Shown one piece after another: positions 18,717 through 28,677 of a DNA stretch of 64,000 bases. The stretch covers positions 12,008 to 76,007 of the forward strand of contig JBAYNU010000003.1 of NCBI GenBank assembly GCA_041678665.1, read 5' to 3'. The DNA is from Candidatus Magasanikiibacteriota bacterium. Lineage in GTDB: Bacteria > Patescibacteriota > Patescibacteriia > Magasanikbacterales > GWA2-37-8. The position numbers were made by a program, and so were the translations under genes. The notes below the pieces were generated by a model that worked only from the letters and a program-made list of their open reading frames with translations, had not been told where the DNA came from and did not search any database. The first letter of the stretch is position 1, and each line of letters begins with the position of its first letter.

Positions 18717-19145
18717 ATGACAGATAACAAATTTGAATTGGCCAAGCTTGAATACGAGTTAGTACAAAAACAAGTCGACAAATATGATGATATTTCTTCC
18801 AAAATTAAAACATGGTCAATAACATTGTGGATTGGTATTTTAGGATGGTCATTTCAATCCAAGCGTCACGAGCTATTGTTGCTGGGTATAGTGGCGATTG
18901 TGATTTTTTGGATTTTAGATACGGTAAACAAAAATTTCCGGCAAGATTATCGTGCCAGACGTGAGGACGTTGCCGCTGCCTTACGACAGTTTTCGGAAAG
19001 TAGTAGTTGGCCTAGTAGTTTTTCTACTCCGCAAAATTATACGCACAGATTTAGAGGAATCTTTAAACAGTTATTTATTTTACATTTAACATTGGTCTAT
19101 TTACCTTTGGCATTATTAACTTTGTGGGCTTATTTTAGTTATTAA
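18717..19145 (+). CDS. membrane protein, unknown function
   Basis: Start at ATG 18717 (MTDNKFELAKLEY); 2 TM helices. Confidence 0.35.
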   Translation: MTDNKFELAKLEYELVQKQVDKYDDISSKIKTWSITLWIGILGWSFQSKRHELLLLGIVAIVIFWILDTVNKNFRQDYRARREDVAAALRQFSESSSWPSSFSTPQNYTHRFRGIFKQLFILHLTLVYLPLALLTLWAYFSY

Positions 19146-19199
19146 TTATATTGGTGCGCGTTCATACCTTTGTTTTTGGATTAGTGGGAAATATTATCT

Positions 19200-19988
19200 A
19201 TGTTGCAGGTTTTAAATTTAGTCAAAAAATTTGGTGATTTTATTGCTGTTGACGACATTTCCTTTAACGTTGCCAAGGGAACGATTTTTGCATTTCTTGG
19301 CCCTAATGGCGCAGGTAAATCTACAACTATCAAAATGCTTACCACACTTTTGCATCCGACTAGCGGTCATATGACCATCGCTGGGTTTGACCCCGTGAAA
19401 GACCCGGGCAAAGCGCGGCAGAATTTTGGCATTGTTTTTCAGGACCCAAGTGTGGACGACGAGCTTACTGCCTACGAAAACATGGAATTTCACGGTGTGC
19501 TTTATGGGGTAAAAAAAGAATTGCGTCGCGCGCGTATTGAAGAATTACTTAAAGTGGTTGAGTTATGGGATAGGCGCGACGATTTGGTAAAACATTTTTC
19601 GGGTGGGATGAAACGCCGGCTGGAAATCGCTCGTGGACTTTTGCATCACCCAAAAGTTTTATTTTTAGATGAGCCAACCATTGGTCTTGATCCGCAAACC
19701 CGTAATCATATTTGGGAACATGTTAAAGAGATTAATGAAAAAGAAGGTGTGACAGTATTTTTTACCACTCATTACATGGAGGAAGCCGATCGGGTGGCGC
19801 GCCAAGTGGCGGTAATTGATCACGGAAAAATTATTGCCACTGGTACGCCGGCTGAATTAAAGACCCAAACTCAATCTGCTAATTTAGAAGATGCCTTTAT
19901 TAAGTTAACTGGCAATGCCTTGCGTGCCGAACAAGGGAACGTTTTGGATAATATGCGCATGAATCGTCGTGCCTGGACGCGAAAATAA
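19200..19988 (+). CDS. ABC transporter ATP-binding protein
   Basis: Walker A G-P-N-G-A-G-K-S-T, signature F-S-G-G-M-K-R-R, Walker B L-F-L-D-E-P. Confidence 0.85.
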   Translation: MLQVLNLVKKFGDFIAVDDISFNVAKGTIFAFLGPNGAGKSTTIKMLTTLLHPTSGHMTIAGFDPVKDPGKARQNFGIVFQDPSVDDELTAYENMEFHGVLYGVKKELRRARIEELLKVVELWDRRDDLVKHFSGGMKRRLEIARGLLHHPKVLFLDEPTIGLDPQTRNHIWEHVKEINEKEGVTVFFTTHYMEEADRVARQVAVIDHGKIIATGTPAELKTQTQSANLEDAFIKLTGNALRAEQGNVLDNMRMNRRAWTRK

Positions 19989-19994
19989 ATTTTT

Positions 19995-20741
19995 ATGCGA
20001 GCAATATATATACTCTGGCTAAGACAATTAAAACGATATTTTAGATCCAAGTCGCGTATTATTGGTTCTTTGGGCCAGCCGCTTTTATTTTTAGTCGCTT
20101 TGGGCTTTGGATTTGGTCCGATTTATCAAAAAGCTGGAGCCGGTGACTATATGAGTTTTCTTGCCCCCGGTGTGATCGCCATGAGTGTACTTTTTTCCGC
20201 CACATTTTTTGGTATTGAATTGATTTGGGATAGGCAGTTTGGATTTTTAAAAGAAACTTTGGTAGCGCCAGTATCGCGCCTTAGCATTATGATTGGGCGA
20301 ACACTGGGTGGCGCGACTGTATCGGTTTTACAGGGTATTATTGTTTTAGGCCTAACACTTTTAGTTGGTTTTCGTCCGCACAATCTTATTGAATTGCCAG
20401 TTATGCTTTTGTTTTTAATTTTTATCGCTTTAATATTTACCGCTTTGGGTACGGCGATCGCTTCGTTTTTGGAAGATATGCATGGGTTTCAATTAATCAT
20501 GAATTTTCTTATCATGCCCACCTTCTTTTTGTCGGGGGCTTTGTTTCCGCTTAATGCCGCTCCCCGCGCGCTTTCGATTATTGCCCAGTTTAATCCGCTT
20601 ACTTATGGTGTTGATGGCTTACGTTTGAGTCTTACTGGTATTGGACAGTTTACCATGTCTCATGATATTGTAATTTTAACAGGAGTAACTTTGGTGATTT
20701 TTGCTATAGGCAGTTACTTATTTAATAAAATTCAAGCATAG
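19995..20741 (+). CDS. ABC-2 type transporter permease
   Basis: 248 aa, 6 TM helices, immediately downstream of the ATPase. Confidence 0.7.
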   Translation: MRAIYILWLRQLKRYFRSKSRIIGSLGQPLLFLVALGFGFGPIYQKAGAGDYMSFLAPGVIAMSVLFSATFFGIELIWDRQFGFLKETLVAPVSRLSIMIGRTLGGATVSVLQGIIVLGLTLLVGFRPHNLIELPVMLLFLIFIALIFTALGTAIASFLEDMHGFQLIMNFLIMPTFFLSGALFPLNAAPRALSIIAQFNPLTYGVDGLRLSLTGIGQFTMSHDIVILTGVTLVIFAIGSYLFNKIQA

Positions 20742-20762
20742 ACAAGTATTAATCCAAAAAAT

Positions 20763-21770
20763 ATGTTGAATAAGATTGGTTGGGGAATATTATTGATAGC
20801 GGTTTTAGTTTTGGTGGGTGTGGCTTTTTTTCAAAAATATACCATCGTGCCTCGTTTAGTGGCGCCAAAAGAAGAGGCTTTGATTGATACGGTCCAAACA
20901 GTGGTTTCTTCTACCAGCCCGATAGCTACCCCTGTCGCCGTTCAGTTGATCTCTTTGGATATTGGCGAAGAAACTGCGTCTTATACTATCAAAGTATTTT
21001 ATCCGGCCATGATTGGAGGAGAAGAAAAGATTAGAAACAGTTTTAACGCGGAGATTAAAACTTTGGCGGAAGGAATGGTAGTTAATTTTAAAGAAGCTTC
21101 TCTAGACGCCGTTTCATCTACCGACAGCAAAAATTTTCTAACCGGAGCATATGATGTCAAAGAACAGAATGATAATTTTATCAGTATATTTTTAAGCGGC
21201 GAACAATACGTTGCTGGCGCGGCTCATCCCAGCCATTCTGTGGCTGTGTTTAATTTTAATTTAAAGACTGGCCAGATTATCAAACTTAAAGATTTATTTG
21301 TTGCTGACGCTAAATATTTGGAAGTTTTGTCCAATTATTGCAAAAAAGAATTATTGGTGCGTAATGGCGAAGAGGAATTTACTAATCGAGAAAACATTCA
21401 GTCAGGTACTCTAGCCAAAGAAGATTTGTATGATGTGTTCAGTATTACTTTGAGCGGGCTTGTAGTTATTTTTCCAGAGTATCAAGTGGCGCCTTATGTG
21501 GCCGGAGCACAGATGGTGACAGTGCCGTGGTCTGATCTAAAAGAAATTATTGACGTGAACGGTCCAGTGGCGATCTATTTACCGGCAGAGAAGGTGAGCA
21601 CCGCTACCAGCGCCTCTTCACCCCAGCTTATTGGTGGACAAAAAGATGAGCATGGTTGTTTAGTTGGCGCGGGTTATTCTTGGTGCCCTTCTACCAACAA
21701 GTGTCAGCGTATGTGGGAAGAGTATTGTGTCGAATACAAAGATATTTTTCGTAGTTCTACAAAAAAATAA
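20763..21770 (+). CDS. membrane-anchored secreted protein, unknown function
   Basis: N-terminal TM anchor, C-terminal Cys-rich tail (C-L-V-G-A-G-Y-S-W-C-P-S-T-N-K-C). Confidence 0.4.
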   Translation: MLNKIGWGILLIAVLVLVGVAFFQKYTIVPRLVAPKEEALIDTVQTVVSSTSPIATPVAVQLISLDIGEETASYTIKVFYPAMIGGEEKIRNSFNAEIKTLAEGMVVNFKEASLDAVSSTDSKNFLTGAYDVKEQNDNFISIFLSGEQYVAGAAHPSHSVAVFNFNLKTGQIIKLKDLFVADAKYLEVLSNYCKKELLVRNGEEEFTNRENIQSGTLAKEDLYDVFSITLSGLVVIFPEYQVAPYVAGAQMVTVPWSDLKEIIDVNGPVAIYLPAEKVSTATSASSPQLIGGQKDEHGCLVGAGYSWCPSTNKCQRMWEEYCVEYKDIFRSSTKK

Positions 21771-21774
21771 TTAT

Positions 21775-21921
21775 ATGGCAGAGAAAAAATATTGGCGGTG
21801 TTTAGTTTGCGGCGATTTGCATTATGGCGTAGAGGCACCTGAGAAATGTCCGACTTGCGGGCAACCTCGCACCCAAGCTGAAGAAATTACCAAGGAACAA
21901 TTTATGACGATTTTAGGATAA
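21775..21921 (+). CDS. rubredoxin-like zinc-ribbon protein
   Basis: C-L-V-C-G ... C-P-T-C-G, 48 aa; start at ATG 21775. Confidence 0.45.
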   Translation: MAEKKYWRCLVCGDLHYGVEAPEKCPTCGQPRTQAEEITKEQFMTILG

Positions 21922-21939
21922 TTTTTATTTTAAAATAAT

Positions 21940-22433
21940 ATGGCCATACCCATGATTTTGGTGGATGATAATGATCAAGAGATTGGTCAAAAATTAAAAA
22001 GGGATCGGGTTGTTTCCGATATTTATCGAGTGTCGGCTTTGTGGATTAAAAATTCGCGGGGCGAAAGTCTTTTGGCGCGACGTGGGTTTAACAAAAGAAC
22101 TGACCCAGGAGTTTGGGGGCCCGCAGTGGCTGGGACAGTGGAAATAGGCGAGACTTACGATGTAATATTGTCAAAGAGGCGCAAGAAGAATTGGGGCTCA
22201 AAAATATTTCTCCGGTTCGCATGGAAAAATACCGCGTTGCTTTGTCGCACGACAATCATTTTACCCAATGGTATGCCATGGTCATGGATCAACCGGCAGA
22301 AGATTTTAAAATAAAAAGAGACGAAGTGGAAGAAGTAAGATGGTTTGGTAAAGCGGATTTACAAGATGCGGTTAATAAAACTCCGCAGGAATTTTTACCT
22401 AATATTAAAAAGTGGGTAGAGATATTCGCATAA
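21940..22433 (+). pseudogene. NUDIX hydrolase, apparent +1/-1 frameshift
   Basis: NUDIX box split across two overlapping ORFs: G-T-V-E-I-G-E-T-Y-D in frame A (21940-22314) and I-V-K-E-A-Q-E-E-L-G-L in frame B (22113-22433); junction near 22150-22170. Confidence 0.5.
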
Positions 22434-22455
22434 TAATATTATTTACAAATAAAAT

Positions 22456-22490
22456 AAAACACCGTCATAAAGACAGTGTTTTATTTTTGT
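22456..22490. terminator. bidirectional hairpin terminator
   Basis: AAAACAC-cgtcataaagacag-TGTTTT followed by ATTTTTGT. Confidence 0.5.
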
Positions 22491-22562
22491 GGGTCGGCCG
22501 GGGCTCGAACCCGGGACCGTCTCCTTAAAAGGGAGCTGCTCTACCAGCTGAGCTACCAACCC
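22490..22562 (-). tRNA. tRNA-Lys (anticodon UUU)
   Basis: Reverse complement folds: acceptor GGGTTGG/CCGACCC, D-loop AGCTGGTA, anticodon loop CTTTTAA, T-loop TTCGAGC. Confidence 0.75.
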
Positions 22563-22672
22563 ATCATTATTTATGATGGACTTTTAGTGCCGATATGATA
22601 TACTAAAAATACTTCAAAGTCAAGAGCTATTTTGTTAATATCCTAATGTTTTTAATTATAACATAAAACTTT

Positions 22673-23245
22673 ATGCTTTCCAAGACCTATATTAGCAAGA
22701 TTAAAAAGGAGTATTTAGATTACGCCGAAAAACGGCGTGAGGTGATCAAAATGTCAGGTGACGCTTTGCATTGTGCCAAACGGGTAATTTTTACTGTTCA
22801 TCGCCACGATTATGAAGGTGCCAAAGTTAAGATGGATGAAACCGAGGAGTTATTAAAAGATATTAACAAAAAATTTGCCAATCATAAAGAATTATTTGAT
22901 GAAGGCGCTTATCGAGCGGCCTTGGAAGAATATGTGGAGGCCAAATTATTTTTTGAATTTGTCGCGACCATGAAAATGAGTGAAATTAAAACTGTGCCGA
23001 TCGACAGTGATGTATTTTTGGCCGGGTTATGCGATGTGCCGGGAGAGTTGTATCGGTTCGCAGTCAACAGCGCCACCAACCGCAAGTTTGATGCCGTAAC
23101 TGATTGCAAAAATGCGGCCGAAGAAATTATTGGCGAACTCATGGAATTTGATTTGACTTCATATTTGCGCAATAAATTTGATCAAGCCAAAGGAGCTTTG
23201 CACAAGTTGGAACAAATTCAATATGAAGTGTCTTTAAGAAAATAA
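22673..23245 (+). CDS. hypothetical helical protein
   Basis: 190 aa; no confident motif recognised. Confidence 0.35.
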   Translation: MLSKTYISKIKKEYLDYAEKRREVIKMSGDALHCAKRVIFTVHRHDYEGAKVKMDETEELLKDINKKFANHKELFDEGAYRAALEEYVEAKLFFEFVATMKMSEIKTVPIDSDVFLAGLCDVPGELYRFAVNSATNRKFDAVTDCKNAAEEIIGELMEFDLTSYLRNKFDQAKGALHKLEQIQYEVSLRK

Positions 23246-23251
23246 TTTTTT

Positions 23252-24466
23252 GTGTTGAAAAAATTATATCATTATCTGTTGTCGTTGTGGGCTTATCTTT
23301 ACTACGGCCGTCCCAGCCGTCAGTTGATTGTTGTTGGTGTAACTGGCACTAAAGGCAAAAGCACCACTTGCCGGTTTATTGCCAGTGTTTTGGAAGCCGG
23401 TGGTTTTAAAGTCGGCCTGCTTTCTACGGTAGAATTTCAAGTTGCAGAAAAGCGTTGGCTCAACAAGCGTAAAATGACCATGCTTGGTAGGGGTGAAATT
23501 CACAAAATGTTACGTGATATGGTTCGGGCGGGATGTCAATATGCAGTGGTGGAAACTTCGTCCGAAGGAATACTGCAATACCGTCATAAATTTTTAAATT
23601 ACGACATTGCTGTGTTTACTAATCTCGGCACCGAGCACAGTGAGCGTCATGGTGGATTTGAAAATTTAAAACAAGACAAGGGTAAATTATTTGCTGCGCT
23701 TTCGAAAAATCGTAAGAATATTAATGGGCAAGAAATTAAGAAAGTGATAGTGGTAAATGGTGACGACATCAATGCGCAGTATTATTTAAATTTTCCCGCC
23801 ACTGAAAAAGTCATTTTTCATCAATCTGATTATGATCCGAAGTTTAAAATTAACATTGTTGGAGATTTTAATATCCCTAACGTTTTGGCCGCGATTGCAG
23901 TGGGTCGTTCGCAAAATATTTCCGAAGAAAAAATTAAGCAGGGGATAGGGGATGTAAAATTGATAGAAGGTCGGATGGAATTTATTGATGAAGGGCAACT
24001 TTTTAAAGTAGTTGTAGATTATGCGCATGAGCCGATGAGTTTGTCGGCTTTGTTTGACTCGCTTAATAATTTAAAAGCCCCCAGTTCCAAATTAATAGCC
24101 ATTATTGGGTCCGATGGTGGCGGGCGTGACAAGGGTAAACGCGCTAAAATGGGTGAGATTGCCGGCAAACTATGTGATATTGTAATTATTACGGATGTTA
24201 ATTGTTTTGACGAGGACCCCAAACAAATTGCGGAGATGTTAGCGGTGGGCGCGCGTCAAGCTGGTAAACAAGAGGGAAAAAATTTGTTTATCGAGGTGGA
24301 TAGGCGCCAAGCTATCGCTATGGCTATAAGGCTTGCCGAATCTAATGATGTTGTGGCTATCACCGCCAAAGGGACCGAGCCGTGTATGGTTGTGGCCGGT
24401 GATAAAAAATTATCATGGGACGATCGCGAGGTGGCGCGTGCAGCCATTAAAACATTAAAATATTAA
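23252..24466 (+). CDS. Mur ligase family protein (MurE/MurT-like)
   Basis: G-V-T-G-T-K-G-K-S-T-T ATP-binding P-loop of Mur ligases, central and C-terminal Mur ligase domains. Confidence 0.65.
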   Translation: MLKKLYHYLLSLWAYLYYGRPSRQLIVVGVTGTKGKSTTCRFIASVLEAGGFKVGLLSTVEFQVAEKRWLNKRKMTMLGRGEIHKMLRDMVRAGCQYAVVETSSEGILQYRHKFLNYDIAVFTNLGTEHSERHGGFENLKQDKGKLFAALSKNRKNINGQEIKKVIVVNGDDINAQYYLNFPATEKVIFHQSDYDPKFKINIVGDFNIPNVLAAIAVGRSQNISEEKIKQGIGDVKLIEGRMEFIDEGQLFKVVVDYAHEPMSLSALFDSLNNLKAPSSKLIAIIGSDGGGRDKGKRAKMGEIAGKLCDIVIITDVNCFDEDPKQIAEMLAVGARQAGKQEGKNLFIEVDRRQAIAMAIRLAESNDVVAITAKGTEPCMVVAGDKKLSWDDREVARAAIKTLKY

Positions 24467-24477
24467 AACAACCGGCG

Positions 24478-25110
24478 GTGTCTATGTCATTGGCTTCCAA
24501 AATTCATTTGCGCTCGGAAGAAAGAATGGTTATTGTAATACGGCGGCACGGCCTCGTTTATGGCTGGAAGTATTTGTTGGGGTTAGGAATGTTGTTTGCT
24601 AGCGCTTTTTTTGCTTCTTGGCTGTTGGCGCAGAATTGGTGGGGGCAGATGTTATTAGTAGTCGGTTTGGTTGTCGGTTTATTAGTTATTTTTTTAGTTT
24701 GGTTTTTTAATTACACCAATGTCTTGGTGGTTACAGACGAACGGGTGGTGGATATTGTTCGACCGGGCTTATTTGAGGAATATCTTACTACTATTGGTTT
24801 TTTTGATATTAAAGATATTTTCGTTTCACGTCGGGGGGTATTGTCCACTTTATTTGGTTGTGGTCGAGTAACCATTGCTACCAAAAGCGGTGAGCTGATG
24901 ATTGAAACCGATATAATTGCTCGTCCGCAATCGGTAGTTAATACTATTTTAGAAACGCGGGATGACTATCGGCAAAAAAGAAGAGTAGGTACTAATGAAG
25001 CTATTTATAAAAATTTTATTAAAATTATTCCCGAATTATCCGAAGAGGAATTGTGCGAGGTAAAAGATTTAGTGGATGTTCGTTTGTCCGGTTTTGGCGG
25101 GAGTCATTAA
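24478..25110 (+). CDS. membrane protein with bacterial PH (bPH_2/YdbT-like) domain
   Basis: 2 TM helices then D-E-R-V-V-D ... R-R-G-V-L-S pattern of bPH_2. Confidence 0.5.
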   Translation: MSMSLASKIHLRSEERMVIVIRRHGLVYGWKYLLGLGMLFASAFFASWLLAQNWWGQMLLVVGLVVGLLVIFLVWFFNYTNVLVVTDERVVDIVRPGLFEEYLTTIGFFDIKDIFVSRRGVLSTLFGCGRVTIATKSGELMIETDIIARPQSVVNTILETRDDYRQKRRVGTNEAIYKNFIKIIPELSEEELCEVKDLVDVRLSGFGGSH

Positions 25111-25158
25111 TTGTGGTATAATATTAGCTGGTGTTTTTAAACCAACAATTAAAGAAGT

Positions 25159-25560
25159 ATGTCTGCGCGCGCTGAAACCAATTGGAAAAAGTTTTTTAAA
25201 TCCCGCTGGTTCTTTTTAGTTATGGCGGTAATGTTGTTTGTAATAAGCTTTGCTTATATCCGCGCTTATTATCGCGATTATCAGATTCAGCAAGAAATCA
25301 ATCGTTTACAAGAAGAAGTTAAAAGATTGGAAGCCAAAAAGATAGAAACCGGCGAAGTGCTTAAATATGTCAAATCTTCCGATTTTATAGAAGAAAAGGC
25401 GCGTATCGAATTGAATTTGGTTAAACCGGGGGAACAGGTTGCTGTTATTGATGGGGGTAAGATATCAACAAATACCACTGGACAGGAGAATAAAAAAATG
25501 ATAAAATTTGATCAATTATCCAACCCAATTAAATGGTGGATATTCTTTACTCAAAAATAG
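25159..25560 (+). CDS. FtsB/DivIC-like septum formation initiator
   Basis: Single TM, coiled coil, conserved E-E-x-A-R-x-E-L-N-L-V-K-P-G-E. Confidence 0.6.
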   Translation: MSARAETNWKKFFKSRWFFLVMAVMLFVISFAYIRAYYRDYQIQQEINRLQEEVKRLEAKKIETGEVLKYVKSSDFIEEKARIELNLVKPGEQVAVIDGGKISTNTTGQENKKMIKFDQLSNPIKWWIFFTQK

Positions 25561-25584
25561 TAGTTTTATTTTTATTTATTTATT

Positions 25585-26610
25585 ATGGATAGCCAAAATT
25601 CAGACGAGCAAAAAGTGGGGAAATCATCAAAAAATTTAAGATTATTTTTGTTTGGTTTGGGAGGAATATTACTCACGGCGATAGTAATAATAGTGGGAAT
25701 TTCTTTGTATCGAGTTTATCATTTAGCGGCCACCGACGGTTTTACGGTAGGAGTTGCCAGAGTTTTGCGTTTACCGGCATTCAAGATAAATGGCCGGGGA
25801 GTTGCGTATTCCGAATTTGTGGAAGATTTAAAAGCAATTCATGTAATGCGTGATTTTGAAAAGCAATCCGGCGGAGAAGGGGCGACCCTTACCGAAGAGC
25901 AGATGACTGATCAAGTTTTGTGGCGATTAGCAAATAATGTTTTGATAAATGAAGCGGCTTTGCAAAATAACATAACTGCTGAAGAAAAAGATGTGGAAGA
26001 AATTAAAAGCCAAGTATTGCAACAGTTTGAGACTACAGCTGCCGCCGAAAAAGAGTTACAAGCGCGTTATGGTTGGACCATGGATGTCTATGAGCGTAAG
26101 GTAATTAAACCATATATATTACAAAATAAATTATCCGAGCAGTTTGAGACTAACGAAACGATGCGCATAGATATTCGCAATCAAGCGCAGGCAGTTTTGG
26201 ATGCTATTAAAAATGGCGCTGATTTTGTCACCCAAGCTAAAATTTACGGCAGTGATAGCACCAAAGATTCCGGTGGTGATTTAGGTTGGTTTGGCAGAGG
26301 AGAAATGGTGCCGCAATTTGAAGAAGCGGTGTTTGCTTTAAAGAAAGGGGAGCTGGATCCGGAATTAGTAGAGACTTCGTATGGTTACCATATTATAAAG
26401 TTAGATGATACGAAAACAGAACAAGTTAAAGATGAACAAGGCAAAACCATCGAAGAACAAAAAGTGCGAGCGTCCCATATTTTGTTTAGATTTCCGGATT
26501 TAACACAATATCTTGACAAGGCGGTAACCAAAGCAGAGCTTCACCTTTATTTAAATATTCATAATCCGTTTGTTGAATTCAAAAAACAGCTGGAGACTTC
26601 CACTAATTAA
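25585..26610 (+). CDS. parvulin-type peptidyl-prolyl isomerase (PrsA/SurA-like)
   Basis: TM anchor, chaperone-like region, PpiC domain with G-G-D-L-G-W-F and Y-G-Y-H-I-I-K-L. Confidence 0.7.
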   Translation: MDSQNSDEQKVGKSSKNLRLFLFGLGGILLTAIVIIVGISLYRVYHLAATDGFTVGVARVLRLPAFKINGRGVAYSEFVEDLKAIHVMRDFEKQSGGEGATLTEEQMTDQVLWRLANNVLINEAALQNNITAEEKDVEEIKSQVLQQFETTAAAEKELQARYGWTMDVYERKVIKPYILQNKLSEQFETNETMRIDIRNQAQAVLDAIKNGADFVTQAKIYGSDSTKDSGGDLGWFGRGEMVPQFEEAVFALKKGELDPELVETSYGYHIIKLDDTKTEQVKDEQGKTIEEQKVRASHILFRFPDLTQYLDKAVTKAELHLYLNIHNPFVEFKKQLETSTN

Positions 26611-26619
26611 TAAAAATAA

Positions 26620-26648
26620 ACGGGGCCTCGAGTAATCGAGGCCCTTTT
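26620..26648 (+). terminator. Rho-independent terminator
   Basis: GGGGCCTCGA-gtaa-TCGAGGCCC followed by TTTT. Confidence 0.7.
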
Positions 26649-26650
26649 AC

Positions 26651-26725
26651 GCGGGTGTCGTATAATGGCTATTATGTGGCCTTCCCAAGGCTAAGACGAG
26701 GGTTCGATTCCCTTCACCCGCTCCA
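26651..26725 (+). tRNA. tRNA-Gly (anticodon CCC) with encoded CCA
   Basis: Acceptor GCGGGTG/CACCCGC, anticodon loop TTCCCAA, T-loop TTCGATT, 3' TCCA. Confidence 0.75.
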
Positions 26726-28336
26726 AGATGAAAAAACGGTCTGAAAATGACTGTTTTTTCTTTGTAATAAAGCAAAATTCACTGGTTCTGACGCGATAGA
26801 TTTAATTTCTTTGTTTTCGGTAGCTTCTTTAATTGTTAAGAACGGTTTCTTTATTTCAATGTCTAATCGATTATTTTTTAGAATAAAGTGTTGCCCCAAA
26901 GCGCGTAGCAAAATAGTCTTTTGTTCAAAATCAGCTTTCTCAAACCAGTATTTTGCATAGGTAGCAAAATTAAAAGTGCGTTCGGCCAACTCCATCCATT
27001 CATCCATTCTTTCCTCCAAATTCTTTATTACGCCCTCCAAACGAGCCCTCTCTTTCATTAAGGTGTCTTTTTGAGATATAAATAGGTCGTTAGAAATCAG
27101 TTTGCGATCCATATTTTCGGGAGAAATATATAATCTCATTAAATTGTCCAGACTGCCGACACAGGATTTATAATTCTTTTGTTGGTTTTCCAATAATACA
27201 TCACGGTCGTTTTGTTCAAGCTCGTGCTGTTCTCTTAATACCGAAACGCCCCAATGCAAGAATTCTGGCGGAATGGTTATCTTATCAATAAATGAACTCA
27301 CCTGTTCACATAAATCTTCGTGGCGAATACATTTTTGATTACAACTAACGCCTTTTTTATTTTTTGTGCAATGATGATAAATATAATGCCTTACTTTATC
27401 ATTTGTTTTGTTTTTCTTGAACTTTTCCTCGGATGTTATCATTCCGCCACATTCCCCGCATATTATAAGGCCGTTAAAAGGCAACCGTTTAATCTTAGGA
27501 CGGGATTTCCCGTCCCGCCCTAAGATTTTTTGAACCCGATCAAATTCCTCTTGGGTAATCATCGGATCGTGTCGACCTTGGTATACTTCGCCGTTAAATT
27601 CAAATAATCCAAAGTAAAATGGGTTATTAAAAATTTTACAGCCCGTGCTCATACTAATTTTCATTGGCCCCTTACCTTTACGCTGAATGCTTCTAAGCCC
27701 CCATTCATCATTTGCTATCTTTATTACCTGAGGGACTGAATAGTTGCCTGTTAGCAAATAATCCCACATTTTGCGGACTATATGAAAACGATCTGGGTCA
27801 CGAAAAATTTTCTTTTCACCTTTATCCCCGTATTTATCGTTGAGATATCCGAGCGGAGCGGTGTGCGGTCGCCAACCTTTTACAGCCTTAGCCACCATCC
27901 CTCTTTTAACATCTTTACTCAGGTCAATAATATATTGATTGGCCACACCGAACTCAACACCCATAATTAACACATTGTCCGCTGATAAATACTCACGGCC
28001 GACCGTCATAATGGATTTTATGACTCCGCGTTGTAACAACCATTGGATTAAGCCGCCGTCAATCGGGTTGCGTGATAACCTGTTTAGTTTCCAACAGATT
28101 ATTCCGTCAGCTTTGCCCGATTGGATAATATTCATCATTTCATTGAATTCTGGACGCCCGGGCTTTTTAGCCGATTTCGATTCCTCAAAGATTTTTACAA
28201 CATTGAGGCCCTTCTCATTAACCAGCTTCTTTAATTCATTTCGCTGGTCTTTGATTGATTGAATTTGTCTGTCTTCCGAGTCTGTTGACTTGCGACAGTA
28301 GATAATATATCTATTTTTATTTTCTTCTTTATTCAT
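26714..28336 (-). CDS. large serine recombinase (integrase)
   Basis: N-terminal resolvase catalytic motif Y-C-R-K-S-T-D-S-E-D-R-Q, recombinase domain, Cys-rich zinc ribbon (C-G-E-C-G ... H-H-C ... C); last 3 codons overlap tRNA-Gly 3' end. Confidence 0.8.
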   Translation of the reverse strand: MNKEENKNRYIIYCRKSTDSEDRQIQSIKDQRNELKKLVNEKGLNVVKIFEESKSAKKPGRPEFNEMMNIIQSGKADGIICWKLNRLSRNPIDGGLIQWLLQRGVIKSIMTVGREYLSADNVLIMGVEFGVANQYIIDLSKDVKRGMVAKAVKGWRPHTAPLGYLNDKYGDKGEKKIFRDPDRFHIVRKMWDYLLTGNYSVPQVIKIANDEWGLRSIQRKGKGPMKISMSTGCKIFNNPFYFGLFEFNGEVYQGRHDPMITQEEFDRVQKILGRDGKSRPKIKRLPFNGLIICGECGGMITSEEKFKKNKTNDKVRHYIYHHCTKNKKGVSCNQKCIRHEDLCEQVSSFIDKITIPPEFLHWGVSVLREQHELEQNDRDVLLENQQKNYKSCVGSLDNLMRLYISPENMDRKLISNDLFISQKDTLMKERARLEGVIKNLEERMDEWMELAERTFNFATYAKYWFEKADFEQKTILLRALGQHFILKNNRLDIEIKKPFLTIKEATENKEIKSIASEPVNFALLQRKNSHFQTVFSSWSG

Positions 28337-28456
28337 ATTGGTTTATTTTAGATTAATTACAATAATTTTGTTTGACCATTGGGAGGTCATTTGCCCTATT
28401 TTTAGCCCCTTTTATTATATCGTGTTTAACCGTAATCGTAAGCGGCTAAAAAATGG

Positions 28457-28639
28457 CTACGTGTTGGCAACTTGTTGTAGTAATTCATAGTCTTTTTTAA
28501 GCATTGATTTATAGGATATGCGCAAAGCACTAACCAAGGCCTCGCCAAGTTCGATGGCCCTTTCCTCGCCGACATTCAAACCAAATTTGGTTTGAAATAT
28601 TCTGCGGAATTCCTGAATTTTGTCAGAACTTATGCGCAT
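28457..28639 (-). CDS. hypothetical small helical protein (possible regulator/RDF)
   Basis: 60 aa between integrase and replicase; function not supported by motif. Confidence 0.3.
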   Translation of the reverse strand: MRISSDKIQEFRRIFQTKFGLNVGEERAIELGEALVSALRISYKSMLKKDYELLQQVANT

Positions 28640-28677
28640 ACGGTTAATTAATTTCGACCTTTATTTTATATTTTGCT

